Assembly (NCBI GenBank): GCA_049322415.1
Contig: JBMORI010000039.1
Location: forward strand, 8,210 to 72,209
Reading direction: 5' to 3'
DNA length: 64,000 bases
Source: Thermodesulfobacteriota bacterium
GTDB lineage: Bacteria; Desulfobacterota; Desulfovibrionia; Desulfovibrionales; Desulfovibrionaceae
Below, piece by piece: positions 26,767 to 34,902 of the stretch. The notes below the pieces were generated by a model. The model was not told the origin of the DNA. It made no database searches and saw only the letters and a program-made list of their open reading frames with translations. Position numbers and translations under genes: made by a program. Every line of letters starts with the position of its first letter. Within the stretch, counting starts at the first letter, position 1.

Positions 26767-27457
26767 GCTGGCCCTGGCGGCCGAGCCGACCTTCACGCTC
26801 AATCTGGCGGCCGGGCAGCAGGCGCCCCAGCAGGTGAGCCTGCTCCTGGAGATCCTGTTCATGCTGACGGTGCTGTCGCTTGCGCCGTCCATCATCCTCT
26901 GCTGCACCTCCTTCACCCGCATCATCGTGGTGTTCTCGTTCCTCAGGCAGGCCATGGGCACGGGCCAGATGCCCCCCAACCAGATCCTGGCCAGCCTGGC
27001 CATCTTCATGACCGTGGTCATCATGTTCCCCACGGGCAAGCAGATGTACGAGGAGGCCCTCAACCCCTACCTGGAAGAGCGCATCGGATTCAACGACGCC
27101 CTCAAGAAGGCCGAAGCACCCCTGCGGACGTTCCTGTTCAAGCACACCCGCGAGAAGGACCTCTCCGTGTTCTACACCATCACCAAGATGGACCAGCCCA
27201 AGAACAAGGACGAGGTGCCCACCATCATGCTGGCCGCCGCCTTCATGATAAGCGAGCTCAAGACCGGCTTCACCATCGGCTTTCTGGTCTACATCCCCTT
27301 CCTGGTGCTGGACATGGTGGTGTCGAGCGTCCTTCTGGCCATGGGCATGATGATGCTGCCCCCAGCCATGGTGTCCATGCCCTTCAAGCTTCTGCTGTTC
27401 GTGATGGTGGACGGCTGGAGCCTCATGACGGCGTCACTCGTCAACAGCTTCGTCTAG
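26687..27457 (+). CDS. fliP: Flagellar type III export apparatus protein FliP
   Basis: 256 aa. After a signal-like N-terminus comes SLAPSIILCCTSFTRIIVVFSFLRQAMGTGQMPPNQIL, a FliP hallmark. It overlaps the fliO 3' end. Confidence 0.9.
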   Translation: MKPRISRLLSKTPPAALTILAALALPELALAAEPTFTLNLAAGQQAPQQVSLLLEILFMLTVLSLAPSIILCCTSFTRIIVVFSFLRQAMGTGQMPPNQILASLAIFMTVVIMFPTGKQMYEEALNPYLEERIGFNDALKKAEAPLRTFLFKHTREKDLSVFYTITKMDQPKNKDEVPTIMLAAAFMISELKTGFTIGFLVYIPFLVLDMVVSSVLLAMGMMMLPPAMVSMPFKLLLFVMVDGWSLMTASLVNSFV

Positions 27458-27469
27458 GGAGGCAAGGCC

Positions 27470-27739
27470 ATGACCCCCGATACAGTCGTCGGATTCGCCC
27501 GCTCCGCCATCGAGATCACCCTGCTGCTCTCGCTGCCCATGCTGGCGGTGAGCCTGGTGGTGGGTGTGGTGCTCTCCGTGCTCCAGGCCGCCACGCAGAT
27601 ACAGGAGATGACTCTCACCTTCGTGCCCAAGATCATCGCCATGTTCGTGGCAATCATCGTGGCCTTCCCGTGGCTCATGGACAAGATGATCGTGTTCACG
27701 CGCGAGCTTATGCTCAACATACCAAAGTACATCCAATAG
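27470..27739 (+). CDS. fliQ: Flagellar type III export apparatus protein FliQ
   Basis: 89 aa, containing LVVGVVLSVLQAATQIQEMTLTFVPKIIA. Confidence 0.9.
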   Translation: MTPDTVVGFARSAIEITLLLSLPMLAVSLVVGVVLSVLQAATQIQEMTLTFVPKIIAMFVAIIVAFPWLMDKMIVFTRELMLNIPKYIQ

Positions 27740-27760
27740 CCTCGCGGCGAGGGGCATGGC

Positions 27761-28867
27761 ATGACCAGCATCGAATATCTCAGGGGGCTCCAGCGCAGCT
27801 GGAACACCTACGGCCAGGAAGACCCGCTCTGGGCCATCTGCGTGGACCCGCGAAAGCAGCACAACCGCTGGGACCTGGACGACTTTTTCGCGCTGGGCAG
27901 GGAGAGCGTGGACGGGCTCATGCGCTGGTGCGCCGCGAACCGGCTGCCGGGCAGGCGCGGGACGTGCCTCGATTTCGGCTGCGGCGTCGGAAGGCTGACG
28001 CAGGCCCTGGCCAGCCATTTCACAAAGGCCGTGGGGGTGGACATCGCCCCCTCCATGATCGAGAAGGCCCGCGCCTACAACCGCCACGGCAACCGCTGCG
28101 AATATGCGGTGAACATGGCCGGCGGGCTTCCCCTGTTCAAGGACGCGACATTCGACCTCATCTATACGGAGTACGTGCTCCAGCACATGCATCCATCCCT
28201 GGCGGTCAGCTACATCCGCGAGATGGTGCGCGTGCTCCGTCCGGGCGGGGCGCTCAGCTTCCAGCTCCCCTCGCGGCTGCCCTCGCTGGTCTACCCGGAG
28301 GGCATGGCCGCCGCGATAGGCGTGGACCGCGAGGACATGGTGCTGCGGACTTCGGAACCGGCGGTGGTCAGGGTCGCCGTGACCAACACTGGCCAGGGAA
28401 CGTGGGACCAGGACGGCAGCCCAAGGACGCCCGTCAGGGTCTGCCACCACTGGGTGGACATGAACACCGGCGCCACCTTCATGGTCCACGGGCATCAGAC
28501 CATCGGCCAGCGCGTGGAGCCGGGCGAAACGGCGCTGGTGGACTATGCGGTGCATGCCCCCCGGGCGCTGGGCCATTACGTCTGCGTGGTCGACCTGGTG
28601 GACTTCAACGGCGTGCTCTTCTCGGCGCGAGGCAGCATGCCCGCCACCATCGAGTGCGTTGTGGTGCCCGGCCCGGAGGCCGAAAGGGGGAACGCGGCGG
28701 CGGACAAGGCCGAAGCGCCCGCGCGCCCGAACATGGAGATGCACGCCATCCCTGAAAAGGACGTCGCCCTGTTGTTGCGGGACTGCGGGGCAAGACTCGT
28801 CGGTTGCGTCCGCTCGGGAGACCGGCCCGACGAGGTCAGGCATTCCAGGTATCTCATAACCAAATGA
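27761..28867 (+). CDS. Class I SAM-dependent methyltransferase with an extra beta-rich C-terminal domain
   Basis: 368 aa. Motif I is CLDFGCGVGRLTQAL and post-I is VGVDIAPSMIEKA, followed by LRPGGALSF. Residues from about 190 to 300 look like an Ig-like sandwich (VVRVAVTNTGQGTWDQDG...GHYVCVVDLV). Confidence 0.75.
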   Translation: MTSIEYLRGLQRSWNTYGQEDPLWAICVDPRKQHNRWDLDDFFALGRESVDGLMRWCAANRLPGRRGTCLDFGCGVGRLTQALASHFTKAVGVDIAPSMIEKARAYNRHGNRCEYAVNMAGGLPLFKDATFDLIYTEYVLQHMHPSLAVSYIREMVRVLRPGGALSFQLPSRLPSLVYPEGMAAAIGVDREDMVLRTSEPAVVRVAVTNTGQGTWDQDGSPRTPVRVCHHWVDMNTGATFMVHGHQTIGQRVEPGETALVDYAVHAPRALGHYVCVVDLVDFNGVLFSARGSMPATIECVVVPGPEAERGNAAADKAEAPARPNMEMHAIPEKDVALLLRDCGARLVGCVRSGDRPDEVRHSRYLITK

Positions 28868-28899
28868 CCCGCCCTGATTGAGCGCGGCCCACTTGGTAT

Positions 28900-28929
28900 G
28901 AAAAGGCCGGGTCCATTCGGACCCGGCCT
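28900..28929 (-). terminator. Intrinsic terminator for the minus-strand isomerase gene (possibly bidirectional)
   Basis: An 11-bp stem (aggccgggtcc / ggacccggcct) with a 4-nt loop. It is followed by UUUU on the minus-strand RNA and flanked by an A-run on the other side. Confidence 0.6.
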
Positions 28930-28941
28930 AAAAAATACCGA

Positions 28942-29778
28942 TCAGCGCCGCCGTCCCCCAACCGGCGGCGACACCCGAAGCGGCTCGAACCACTCGGGGC
29001 GATCCCTCACGAAGGCCATGGCCGCGTGGAATGCGTCCTCGGTGTGCGGTTCGAACGTCACCGACGGGGTCAGCCCGCGCTTGCTTAGCCCCGCGAAGAA
29101 GGCCTCCCAGGGGATCTCGCCCTGGCCAGGGCCAAGGTGCTGGTCCGTGCTGCCGTCGTTGTCGTGCAGGTGCAGGTGCCTGAGCAGCGGGGCGAAGCTG
29201 TCCAGCCACTGCTCCAGGTTGCCGTGCTTCACGCCCTCGGAGAAGCTGTACCAGTGCCCGATGTCCAGGCACAGGCCCACCCGGTCCCCGTGCTCCTCCC
29301 GGAGCCTCCCGGCCACGCCAGCCACGGTGGCCGGGTCGGGCTCGAACGTGTTCTCGAGATAAAGGGGAGGGTGCTCCGGCCAGACTGCCAGCATGGCGTT
29401 CCAGGTGTCCACGGCCCTTTCGCGCCACTGGGCGTAACCGCGCATGTAGAGCAGGTGGTCGTACTTCACGTGGCCTATCAAGTGGGCGGGCTCGTAGACG
29501 CGGGCCACCTCCATGGCCAGGCAGAGCCGGTCGCGGCAGGCGGCGCGGACCAGGCTGTCCGCCGAGCCGGGCTGGAGGTCGAAGAAGGGCAGGTGCAGCG
29601 ACGGGGTGAGGCCCTCGTCCCTGAGCCTCGCGGCCATGTCCCGGTGCCAGCCCATGTCCGCCATGTCCATGAGGACGGGGTCTAGGCCAAGCTCGGGATT
29701 GACGCCGCGCTTGAGGAAGTCCTCAAGAACCTGGGGATTGTTTTTCACCGCGCGCAGGGTGAGATTGACGAAAAACAT
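28942..29778 (-). CDS. Sugar phosphate isomerase/epimerase (xylose-isomerase-like TIM barrel)
   Basis: Track ORF trimmed to MFFVNLTLRA.... The pattern LENTFEP...LCLDIGHW...HLHLHDNDGSTDQHLGPGQGEIPW is typical of the AP_endonuc_2 / TIM-barrel family. Confidence 0.8.
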   Translation of the reverse strand: MFFVNLTLRAVKNNPQVLEDFLKRGVNPELGLDPVLMDMADMGWHRDMAARLRDEGLTPSLHLPFFDLQPGSADSLVRAACRDRLCLAMEVARVYEPAHLIGHVKYDHLLYMRGYAQWRERAVDTWNAMLAVWPEHPPLYLENTFEPDPATVAGVAGRLREEHGDRVGLCLDIGHWYSFSEGVKHGNLEQWLDSFAPLLRHLHLHDNDGSTDQHLGPGQGEIPWEAFFAGLSKRGLTPSVTFEPHTEDAFHAAMAFVRDRPEWFEPLRVSPPVGGRRR

Positions 29779-29853
29779 GGGGGCTCCCGTCGACAATTTC
29801 AAAAAAAGAAATACTATGGCTTTTTGACGGCACGTTCAACCTGGGAGCTTTCC

Positions 29854-30291
29854 ATGTCCGACACCAGAAAAGTCACCTGTCCGCACTGCCACGCCAAGAA
29901 CCGCGTCATTCACGGGCGCGAGCTGGAGGCCGTCTGCGGCAAATGCCGGGGCGTCCTCTTCCCCGGCAAGCCGGTGGACCTGACCGAAGCTGACTTCGCC
30001 AAACACGTCCTGGACAACGACGTGCCCCTGCTCGTCGATTTCTGGGCGCCGTGGTGCGGTCCCTGCCGCTCCATGCACAACGCCTACGAGGAGGTGGCCC
30101 GCCGCCTGGAGCCCGACATCCGCGCCGCCAAGGTCAACACGGAGACCGAGCAGGTGCTTGCGGGCCAGATGGGCATCAGGAGCGTGCCCACACTGATGCT
30201 CTTCAAGAACGGCAAGGCGGTCGACTCCATCTCCGGAGCCCTTGACGCCAATAATCTGGAAAGCTGGGCCAGATCCCGGGCCATGTACTAG
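29854..30291 (+). CDS. trxC: Thioredoxin 2 (N-terminal zinc-finger type)
   Basis: Track ORF trimmed to MSDTRKVTCPHCHAKNRV...CGKCRG (CxxC...CxxC finger), followed by the active site WAPWCGPC. Confidence 0.9.
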   Translation: MSDTRKVTCPHCHAKNRVIHGRELEAVCGKCRGVLFPGKPVDLTEADFAKHVLDNDVPLLVDFWAPWCGPCRSMHNAYEEVARRLEPDIRAAKVNTETEQVLAGQMGIRSVPTLMLFKNGKAVDSISGALDANNLESWARSRAMY

Positions 30292-30482
30292 CGAGGCCTC
30301 CTCGGGGAAAGCGGAAACCTGCGCGCCCGTAATGCGCTGAAAGAGTTGCTCTTGTCAGTGAACAGGCGTTTTCATGCTTTACGATGCCGGGACTCTGTCC
30401 CGGCCATGACGGCGAGAACCAGTCCCGGAGGCCGGAGCGGCTTCGCCGGGATGGCGGCGCGGGCGCTGCTGAGGATGCGGCG

Positions 30483-32291
30483 TCAGAACCCTCCGCCGCC
30501 GTCCAGCGAACCCGATGAAGGGACGCTGGCCATGGACAGGGCGATCCGCCCGGTCACGGGCATGGCCCCCAGTTCGGAGAAGGTGGTGGCCTGGCGCAGG
30601 ACGATCTCGTCCTTGGCCGCAACGCTGAAAGCCTGGCCCGGACTGACCGGCGCGTTGCCCGCGAAGAACTGCACCATGTCCGCCGGGCCGTTGCCGGTCA
30701 CGTCCTTGAGCACGTAGCGCCCCGGGGCGATATGGAGATGCTCCCCGGGGCTCCAGGCCAGCGTCAGGTCGCGGCCGTCCCCGGCGGTCAGGACGATTGA
30801 GCGCACCTCCCTCGGCCGGACCCGGATGGTGAAACGGCTTTCCTGCTCCCTGGGGGTCTCGCGGACCACTTCGTAAAGGAAGTCCCCGTTTTCCAGAGTG
30901 GTGACGAATTTTGGAATGAAGCTTTTTGGGTCCAGGATGATTTCCTGGCCCGCGTCCTGCCCGTCGTTTTTGCCCACGCGGCTCACGTAGCCCTTGAGGT
31001 TGAGCACCTCGTCCTTCCTGCTGCCCCAGACGCCTTCCAGCACGAGCCTGTCGCCCTGCACGGCCTGTATCTCGCCGCCTGCCGGAACGACCTTGAGCTC
31101 CCCTCCGAGCCAGCACACGAAGCGGGGCGGCCCGGCGGGCTCGCTGGCGGGCCAGGCGCCGGTCCATTCCAGGGTGGCGGTGGCAAGGACGACGCCGTCG
31201 GCGCGCACGTCCAGGGCGGTGAAGGGCGAGAGGGGCAGGCGCGGAGCCTTGGCGAGGTTGAAGCCGGGCCTGTCCGAGGCGAACACCGCCGGGACCGGGG
31301 ACAGCGTGTTCTTGCTGTCGCGCACCTCGCAACGCACGTCCAGGGGCGTCCCCGGATTGAGCCGGATGCGTGGCTTGCCAGCGGGAAGCTCGCGGCCGTT
31401 GACGGTCACCTTGAGGCTGCGTCCGGGATAGGCCTTCATGTCGCCGGCCGTCAGGCGCGGCGCTTCCAGCTCCACGCCGAACTGGCGCAGGAAGAGCACC
31501 GTGGCCCCAAGCTGGTTGGCCACCTTCCAGGACAGGTCGGGGATGTTCTTGCTCACCTCGATGGCCAGCGCGGGGATGCCCACGCTGGAGAGGGCGTAGA
31601 ACGTGAGGGACTTGCGCTGCTCCAGGTATTTGGAGCGGTCGTTGAAGGTGTCCATGTTGAAGAGCTGGAAATGGTGGTCCTTGGGCGTGACGCTTTCGTT
31701 GATCTTGGCCAGCGTCTGCCGCGCGGTGCGCTCCAGCGTGGCCGCTCCCTTGTGGGTGCTGGCGTCGATGATGACGGACTGCCCGTACCGGTGAGGGCCG
31801 CGCAGGTCGCTCTTGCGCACGGGGTCGTAGAAGCCGGAGCCCTCGTGCAGGTGGATGAGCGCCTGGCTCTGGGACACCAGGAACCGGATGAGCCGGGCAA
31901 GCCTGTCCTCGTAGAATTCGTTGTAGTCCTTGTCGAAGCGGCGGTTGAGGTCCACGTTGATTGCGCGCCTGCGCTCATGGATGGAAGGCGGGTTGGCCCG
32001 GGGGACGATTATCACCGTGCCGCGCGTCACCTTGGCCCGCGTCAGCGCCTGGGCGGTGAGGAATCCGCCGGTCTCGTCCCCCTGGATGCCGCCCTGCACC
32101 ATGATGGTGGGGCCGGGCTTCTCCCCCTTTAGGAAATGGACGTCGATGGCGTACTGCGTGCCGGGGAAAAAGGTATGGACCTCGGCGGACGCTGGGACGG
32201 CGAGGAGCAGGGCGAGAAGGCAGGGCAGGATGCTACTGCTGAGCCTTTTCAAGCGGATATGTTTCGCTGAAGATGGTCTTGCCGGAAGCAT
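30483..32291 (-). CDS. Secreted M14-type (AstE/Csd4-Pgp1-like) metallocarboxypeptidase with a long C-terminal beta-rich extension
   Basis: 602 aa. After a signal peptide comes GPTIMVQGGIQGDETGG (QxxE in place of HxxE), then VIIVPRANPPS, NVDLNRRF and ALIHLHEGSG. The exact start is uncertain; a TTG 13 codons downstream of the ATG is possible. Confidence 0.7.
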   Translation of the reverse strand: MLPARPSSAKHIRLKRLSSSILPCLLALLLAVPASAEVHTFFPGTQYAIDVHFLKGEKPGPTIMVQGGIQGDETGGFLTAQALTRAKVTRGTVIIVPRANPPSIHERRRAINVDLNRRFDKDYNEFYEDRLARLIRFLVSQSQALIHLHEGSGFYDPVRKSDLRGPHRYGQSVIIDASTHKGAATLERTARQTLAKINESVTPKDHHFQLFNMDTFNDRSKYLEQRKSLTFYALSSVGIPALAIEVSKNIPDLSWKVANQLGATVLFLRQFGVELEAPRLTAGDMKAYPGRSLKVTVNGRELPAGKPRIRLNPGTPLDVRCEVRDSKNTLSPVPAVFASDRPGFNLAKAPRLPLSPFTALDVRADGVVLATATLEWTGAWPASEPAGPPRFVCWLGGELKVVPAGGEIQAVQGDRLVLEGVWGSRKDEVLNLKGYVSRVGKNDGQDAGQEIILDPKSFIPKFVTTLENGDFLYEVVRETPREQESRFTIRVRPREVRSIVLTAGDGRDLTLAWSPGEHLHIAPGRYVLKDVTGNGPADMVQFFAGNAPVSPGQAFSVAAKDEIVLRQATTFSELGAMPVTGRIALSMASVPSSGSLDGGGGF

Positions 32292-33012
32292 TGTTGAGCA
32301 CCAGTCTCAAACCGAAGAGGTTGCCCGGGTCGAGCCCTTTGGGGAGTGGAGCCTGCGCCTGCACCTGCTTGAACCGCTGGATGGTGAACCCCAGGTCGTC
32401 CTTGCCGGTCTGGACGGGGGTCATGGCGCCATCCTTGGTGATTGCGAAAAGCTGGCCGTTGCCGGACAAGGCCTGGGGTTGCAGGTTCGAGAGGTCGAAA
32501 GAGTAATGCATGCCCTTGGCGTCGAACTTGGCTCGGAAATTCTCTACCGCGGCCTGGCCCTGATCCACCTTGGCCATGATCTCGGAAAGGTCGATGGCGG
32601 CGGGTTTGTCGCGGTCTGAAGAGGCGTTCTTGTCCTTGGAGTCTTTTTCCTTGGATTCCTTGGGTTTGGTCTGGGGCTGCTTGGCGGGTTGCAGGTCCAG
32701 ACCCAGCCCGGCCAGGAGTTGGGTGAGCTCGGTGGGGTCCGAGGTCTGGAGGAGCTTCTCGATGTTCTGGAGCCTTTCGAGCTTGATGAGGGCTTCGGAG
32801 AGGCGCTTCTCCACCTCGCGCCTTTCGGCGTGGGCGTCCTGGCCGCGCTTCCAGAACTGCCAGGCGGCGAAAACCCCGCCTGCCGCGCCGAGAACGGCGA
32901 GCACCAGGAAATAGGAAACCGCTCGTATCCACCCGGGGCGCAGCCGCAGGCGCTTGGCCGGCTGCTCGTCCTGGAACCAGATGACGTTCAGCTTTCCCTG
33001 GTTGCCCGCCAT
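32233..33012 (-). CDS. Single-pass membrane protein with a coiled coil and a K/D/S-rich linker, function unknown
   Basis: 259 aa. The TM segment is AVSYFLVLAVLGAAGGVFAAW and the heptad-like stretch is ERREVEKRLSEALIKLERLQNIEKLL. Its ATG directly abuts the upstream stop. Confidence 0.65.
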   Translation of the reverse strand: MAGNQGKLNVIWFQDEQPAKRLRLRPGWIRAVSYFLVLAVLGAAGGVFAAWQFWKRGQDAHAERREVEKRLSEALIKLERLQNIEKLLQTSDPTELTQLLAGLGLDLQPAKQPQTKPKESKEKDSKDKNASSDRDKPAAIDLSEIMAKVDQGQAAVENFRAKFDAKGMHYSFDLSNLQPQALSGNGQLFAITKDGAMTPVQTGKDDLGFTIQRFKQVQAQAPLPKGLDPGNLFGLRLVLNNASGKTIFSETYPLEKAQQ

Positions 33013-34311
33013 TTACATCCTGCTCCAGTCTTCGTCCAGGATGCTCCAGCCGTTGCCGGTCGGGCCGAGGACGAGCTTCTTCCGGCCCTTGTCGGAGAGG
33101 CCGTCCTTGCTGGCGTACTCCTGCACGAATTCCACGAGAACGCCATCCTGGGTCAGGGAGAACTTCATGTCGCGCACCGCGACCTTCTTCGGGCCCTTCT
33201 TGCCGGCCCAGAGCTGCTTCTTCTGCTCCTCGATGGAGCTTCTGCCCCTGCGGTCGCCCTGGACCGCGTTGTCGCCGTAGAACTGGATGTAGTCGGCCAG
33301 CTTGCCCTTCTCCCAGGCCTGCCTCCATGCCTCGATGGTCTTGGTCACATCCGGCCTGACGCGGTCGAGGTATTTCGCTTCGAGCCCGAGGTTGGATTCC
33401 TCGAACTCCATGCCCACTATGACGAAGCGCCCCTCGGCGTTCTTCTGCCAGTAGAGGCGCTTGACGCCTTCGCTGGTGAGAGTGGGCGAGCGGTAGAGCT
33501 GGCCGAAGTACGTTACCCAGTAGTCCGGGCCCTGCACGGCCCGGACGTCCTCCAGCAGGACGTGGATCCAGGGCAGCCTGGAGAACAGCTGGCGCTTGTG
33601 GCCGCGGAAGTTCTCGAAGGGTTCGGCGCTTGAGATGGCGAACTTCTGGGCGTCGTGGAAGGCGAAGAAGTCCTCGGACTTGCGCGACCAGGCCTTGGCC
33701 CACTCCAGGGTCGCCGCCACCACCTCCTGGCCCTCCTTGGAGGCCTGGGGGGCGTCCTTGGACCAGTGCACCTCGTTGGCGATCACCACCGGCAGGACGC
33801 GCTTGGTGAACTGGGGATCGAGTTCCTTGATGTCGGGGTTGTTGAGGGCCACGCAACCCCGGCTCTCCATGGGCGTGATGGGCCTGCCCCGGCCGTGGAT
33901 CCAGATGCCCGAGCCCTTGCGCCCGTTAATGACGTCGATGGGGTTGGGGTAGTTGAGGGTGAAGGCCAGGTCGCCGTAGAGGTCGAAGTCCAGGCCCCCG
34001 TTGATGCGATTCTTGATGAAATAGACGCCTTCGGGGGTTTTGAGGTCGCCCTCGCGCCACTTCGTGCCCGGCTCCTGTCCCGTGGTGCAGGGCAGCTGCT
34101 TGATGGGCTGGAGCGGGCTCTTCTGCTCGAAGAACCAGAAAGTCTGCGAGGACTTGTCCACCGCCAGAAAGCGCTGCGGGCCGTACGGGTCGGCCCTGAG
34201 GCTGGCGGCCCAGCCCACGTCGCCCGCGTGAGCGGGGCCGAAGCAGGACAGCAAAACGGCGGCGGCGATGGCGAATGCGAGCAGGGACTGTTTTGCGAGT
34301 GGCGCGTCCAC
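33013..34311 (-). CDS. L,D-transpeptidase-fold (YkuD) protein with two NTF2/SnoaL-like C-terminal segments (Csd6/Pgp2-like architecture)
   Basis: 432 aa with a GTG start. After a signal peptide comes the YkuD catalytic region GIWIHGRGRPITPMESRGCVAL. The C-terminus carries the repeats VAATLEWAKAWSRKSEDFFAFHD... and KTIEAWRQAWEKGKLADYIQFYGD.... Confidence 0.75.
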   Translation of the reverse strand: MDAPLAKQSLLAFAIAAAVLLSCFGPAHAGDVGWAASLRADPYGPQRFLAVDKSSQTFWFFEQKSPLQPIKQLPCTTGQEPGTKWREGDLKTPEGVYFIKNRINGGLDFDLYGDLAFTLNYPNPIDVINGRKGSGIWIHGRGRPITPMESRGCVALNNPDIKELDPQFTKRVLPVVIANEVHWSKDAPQASKEGQEVVAATLEWAKAWSRKSEDFFAFHDAQKFAISSAEPFENFRGHKRQLFSRLPWIHVLLEDVRAVQGPDYWVTYFGQLYRSPTLTSEGVKRLYWQKNAEGRFVIVGMEFEESNLGLEAKYLDRVRPDVTKTIEAWRQAWEKGKLADYIQFYGDNAVQGDRRGRSSIEEQKKQLWAGKKGPKKVAVRDMKFSLTQDGVLVEFVQEYASKDGLSDKGRKKLVLGPTGNGWSILDEDWSRM

Positions 34312-34350
34312 GGTCTGGCTCCTCCGTGAGTCGACGGTGGTCTTGAAAGT

Positions 34351-34902
34351 TCAGCTCCCCTTGGCGGCGACCAGGTCCGCCCGGGTGAATATGGACTGAA
34401 GCTCGTAACCGGCGGCGGCCAGGTTCTCCCGTCCGCCCTCCTGGCGGTCCAGCACGGCGAGGACGGCCACGATGACGAGGCCTGCATCCCGCACGCGCTC
34501 GCAGGCCTTGATCAGAGTGCCGCCGGTGGTGACCACGTCTTCGAGCATGGCCACCTTGTCGCCGGGCCTGAAGTTGCCCAGGCCCTCAAGGAACTGGTTG
34601 GTGCCGTGCCCTTTGGATTGCTTGCGCACGATGAAGCCCGGCAACGGGCGCTTGCCGATGTAGGACATGACGGTGACGGCGCTGACCAGGGGGTCCGCCC
34701 CAAGGGTCATGCCGCCCACGCCCTGCACGTCGATGCCGGAGAGCATCCCGCAGAAGATGCTGCCTATGAGGTAGGAGCCCTCGGGATGCAGCGCCGTGGG
34801 CTTGCAGTCGAAATAGTAGTCGCTCTTGCGGCCGGAGGTGAGGACGAAGTCGCCCTCCCGGTAGGACTTTTCCAGTATGATTTCAGCGAGCCGCTGTTTC
34901 AC
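34351..34902 (-). CDS. pyrE: Orotate phosphoribosyltransferase
   Basis: 183 aa with a GTG start. The pattern FVLTSGRKSDYYFDCK and the PRPP loop VAMLEDVVTTGGT are present. Confidence 0.9.
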   Translation of the reverse strand: MKQRLAEIILEKSYREGDFVLTSGRKSDYYFDCKPTALHPEGSYLIGSIFCGMLSGIDVQGVGGMTLGADPLVSAVTVMSYIGKRPLPGFIVRKQSKGHGTNQFLEGLGNFRPGDKVAMLEDVVTTGGTLIKACERVRDAGLVIVAVLAVLDRQEGGRENLAAAGYELQSIFTRADLVAAKGS

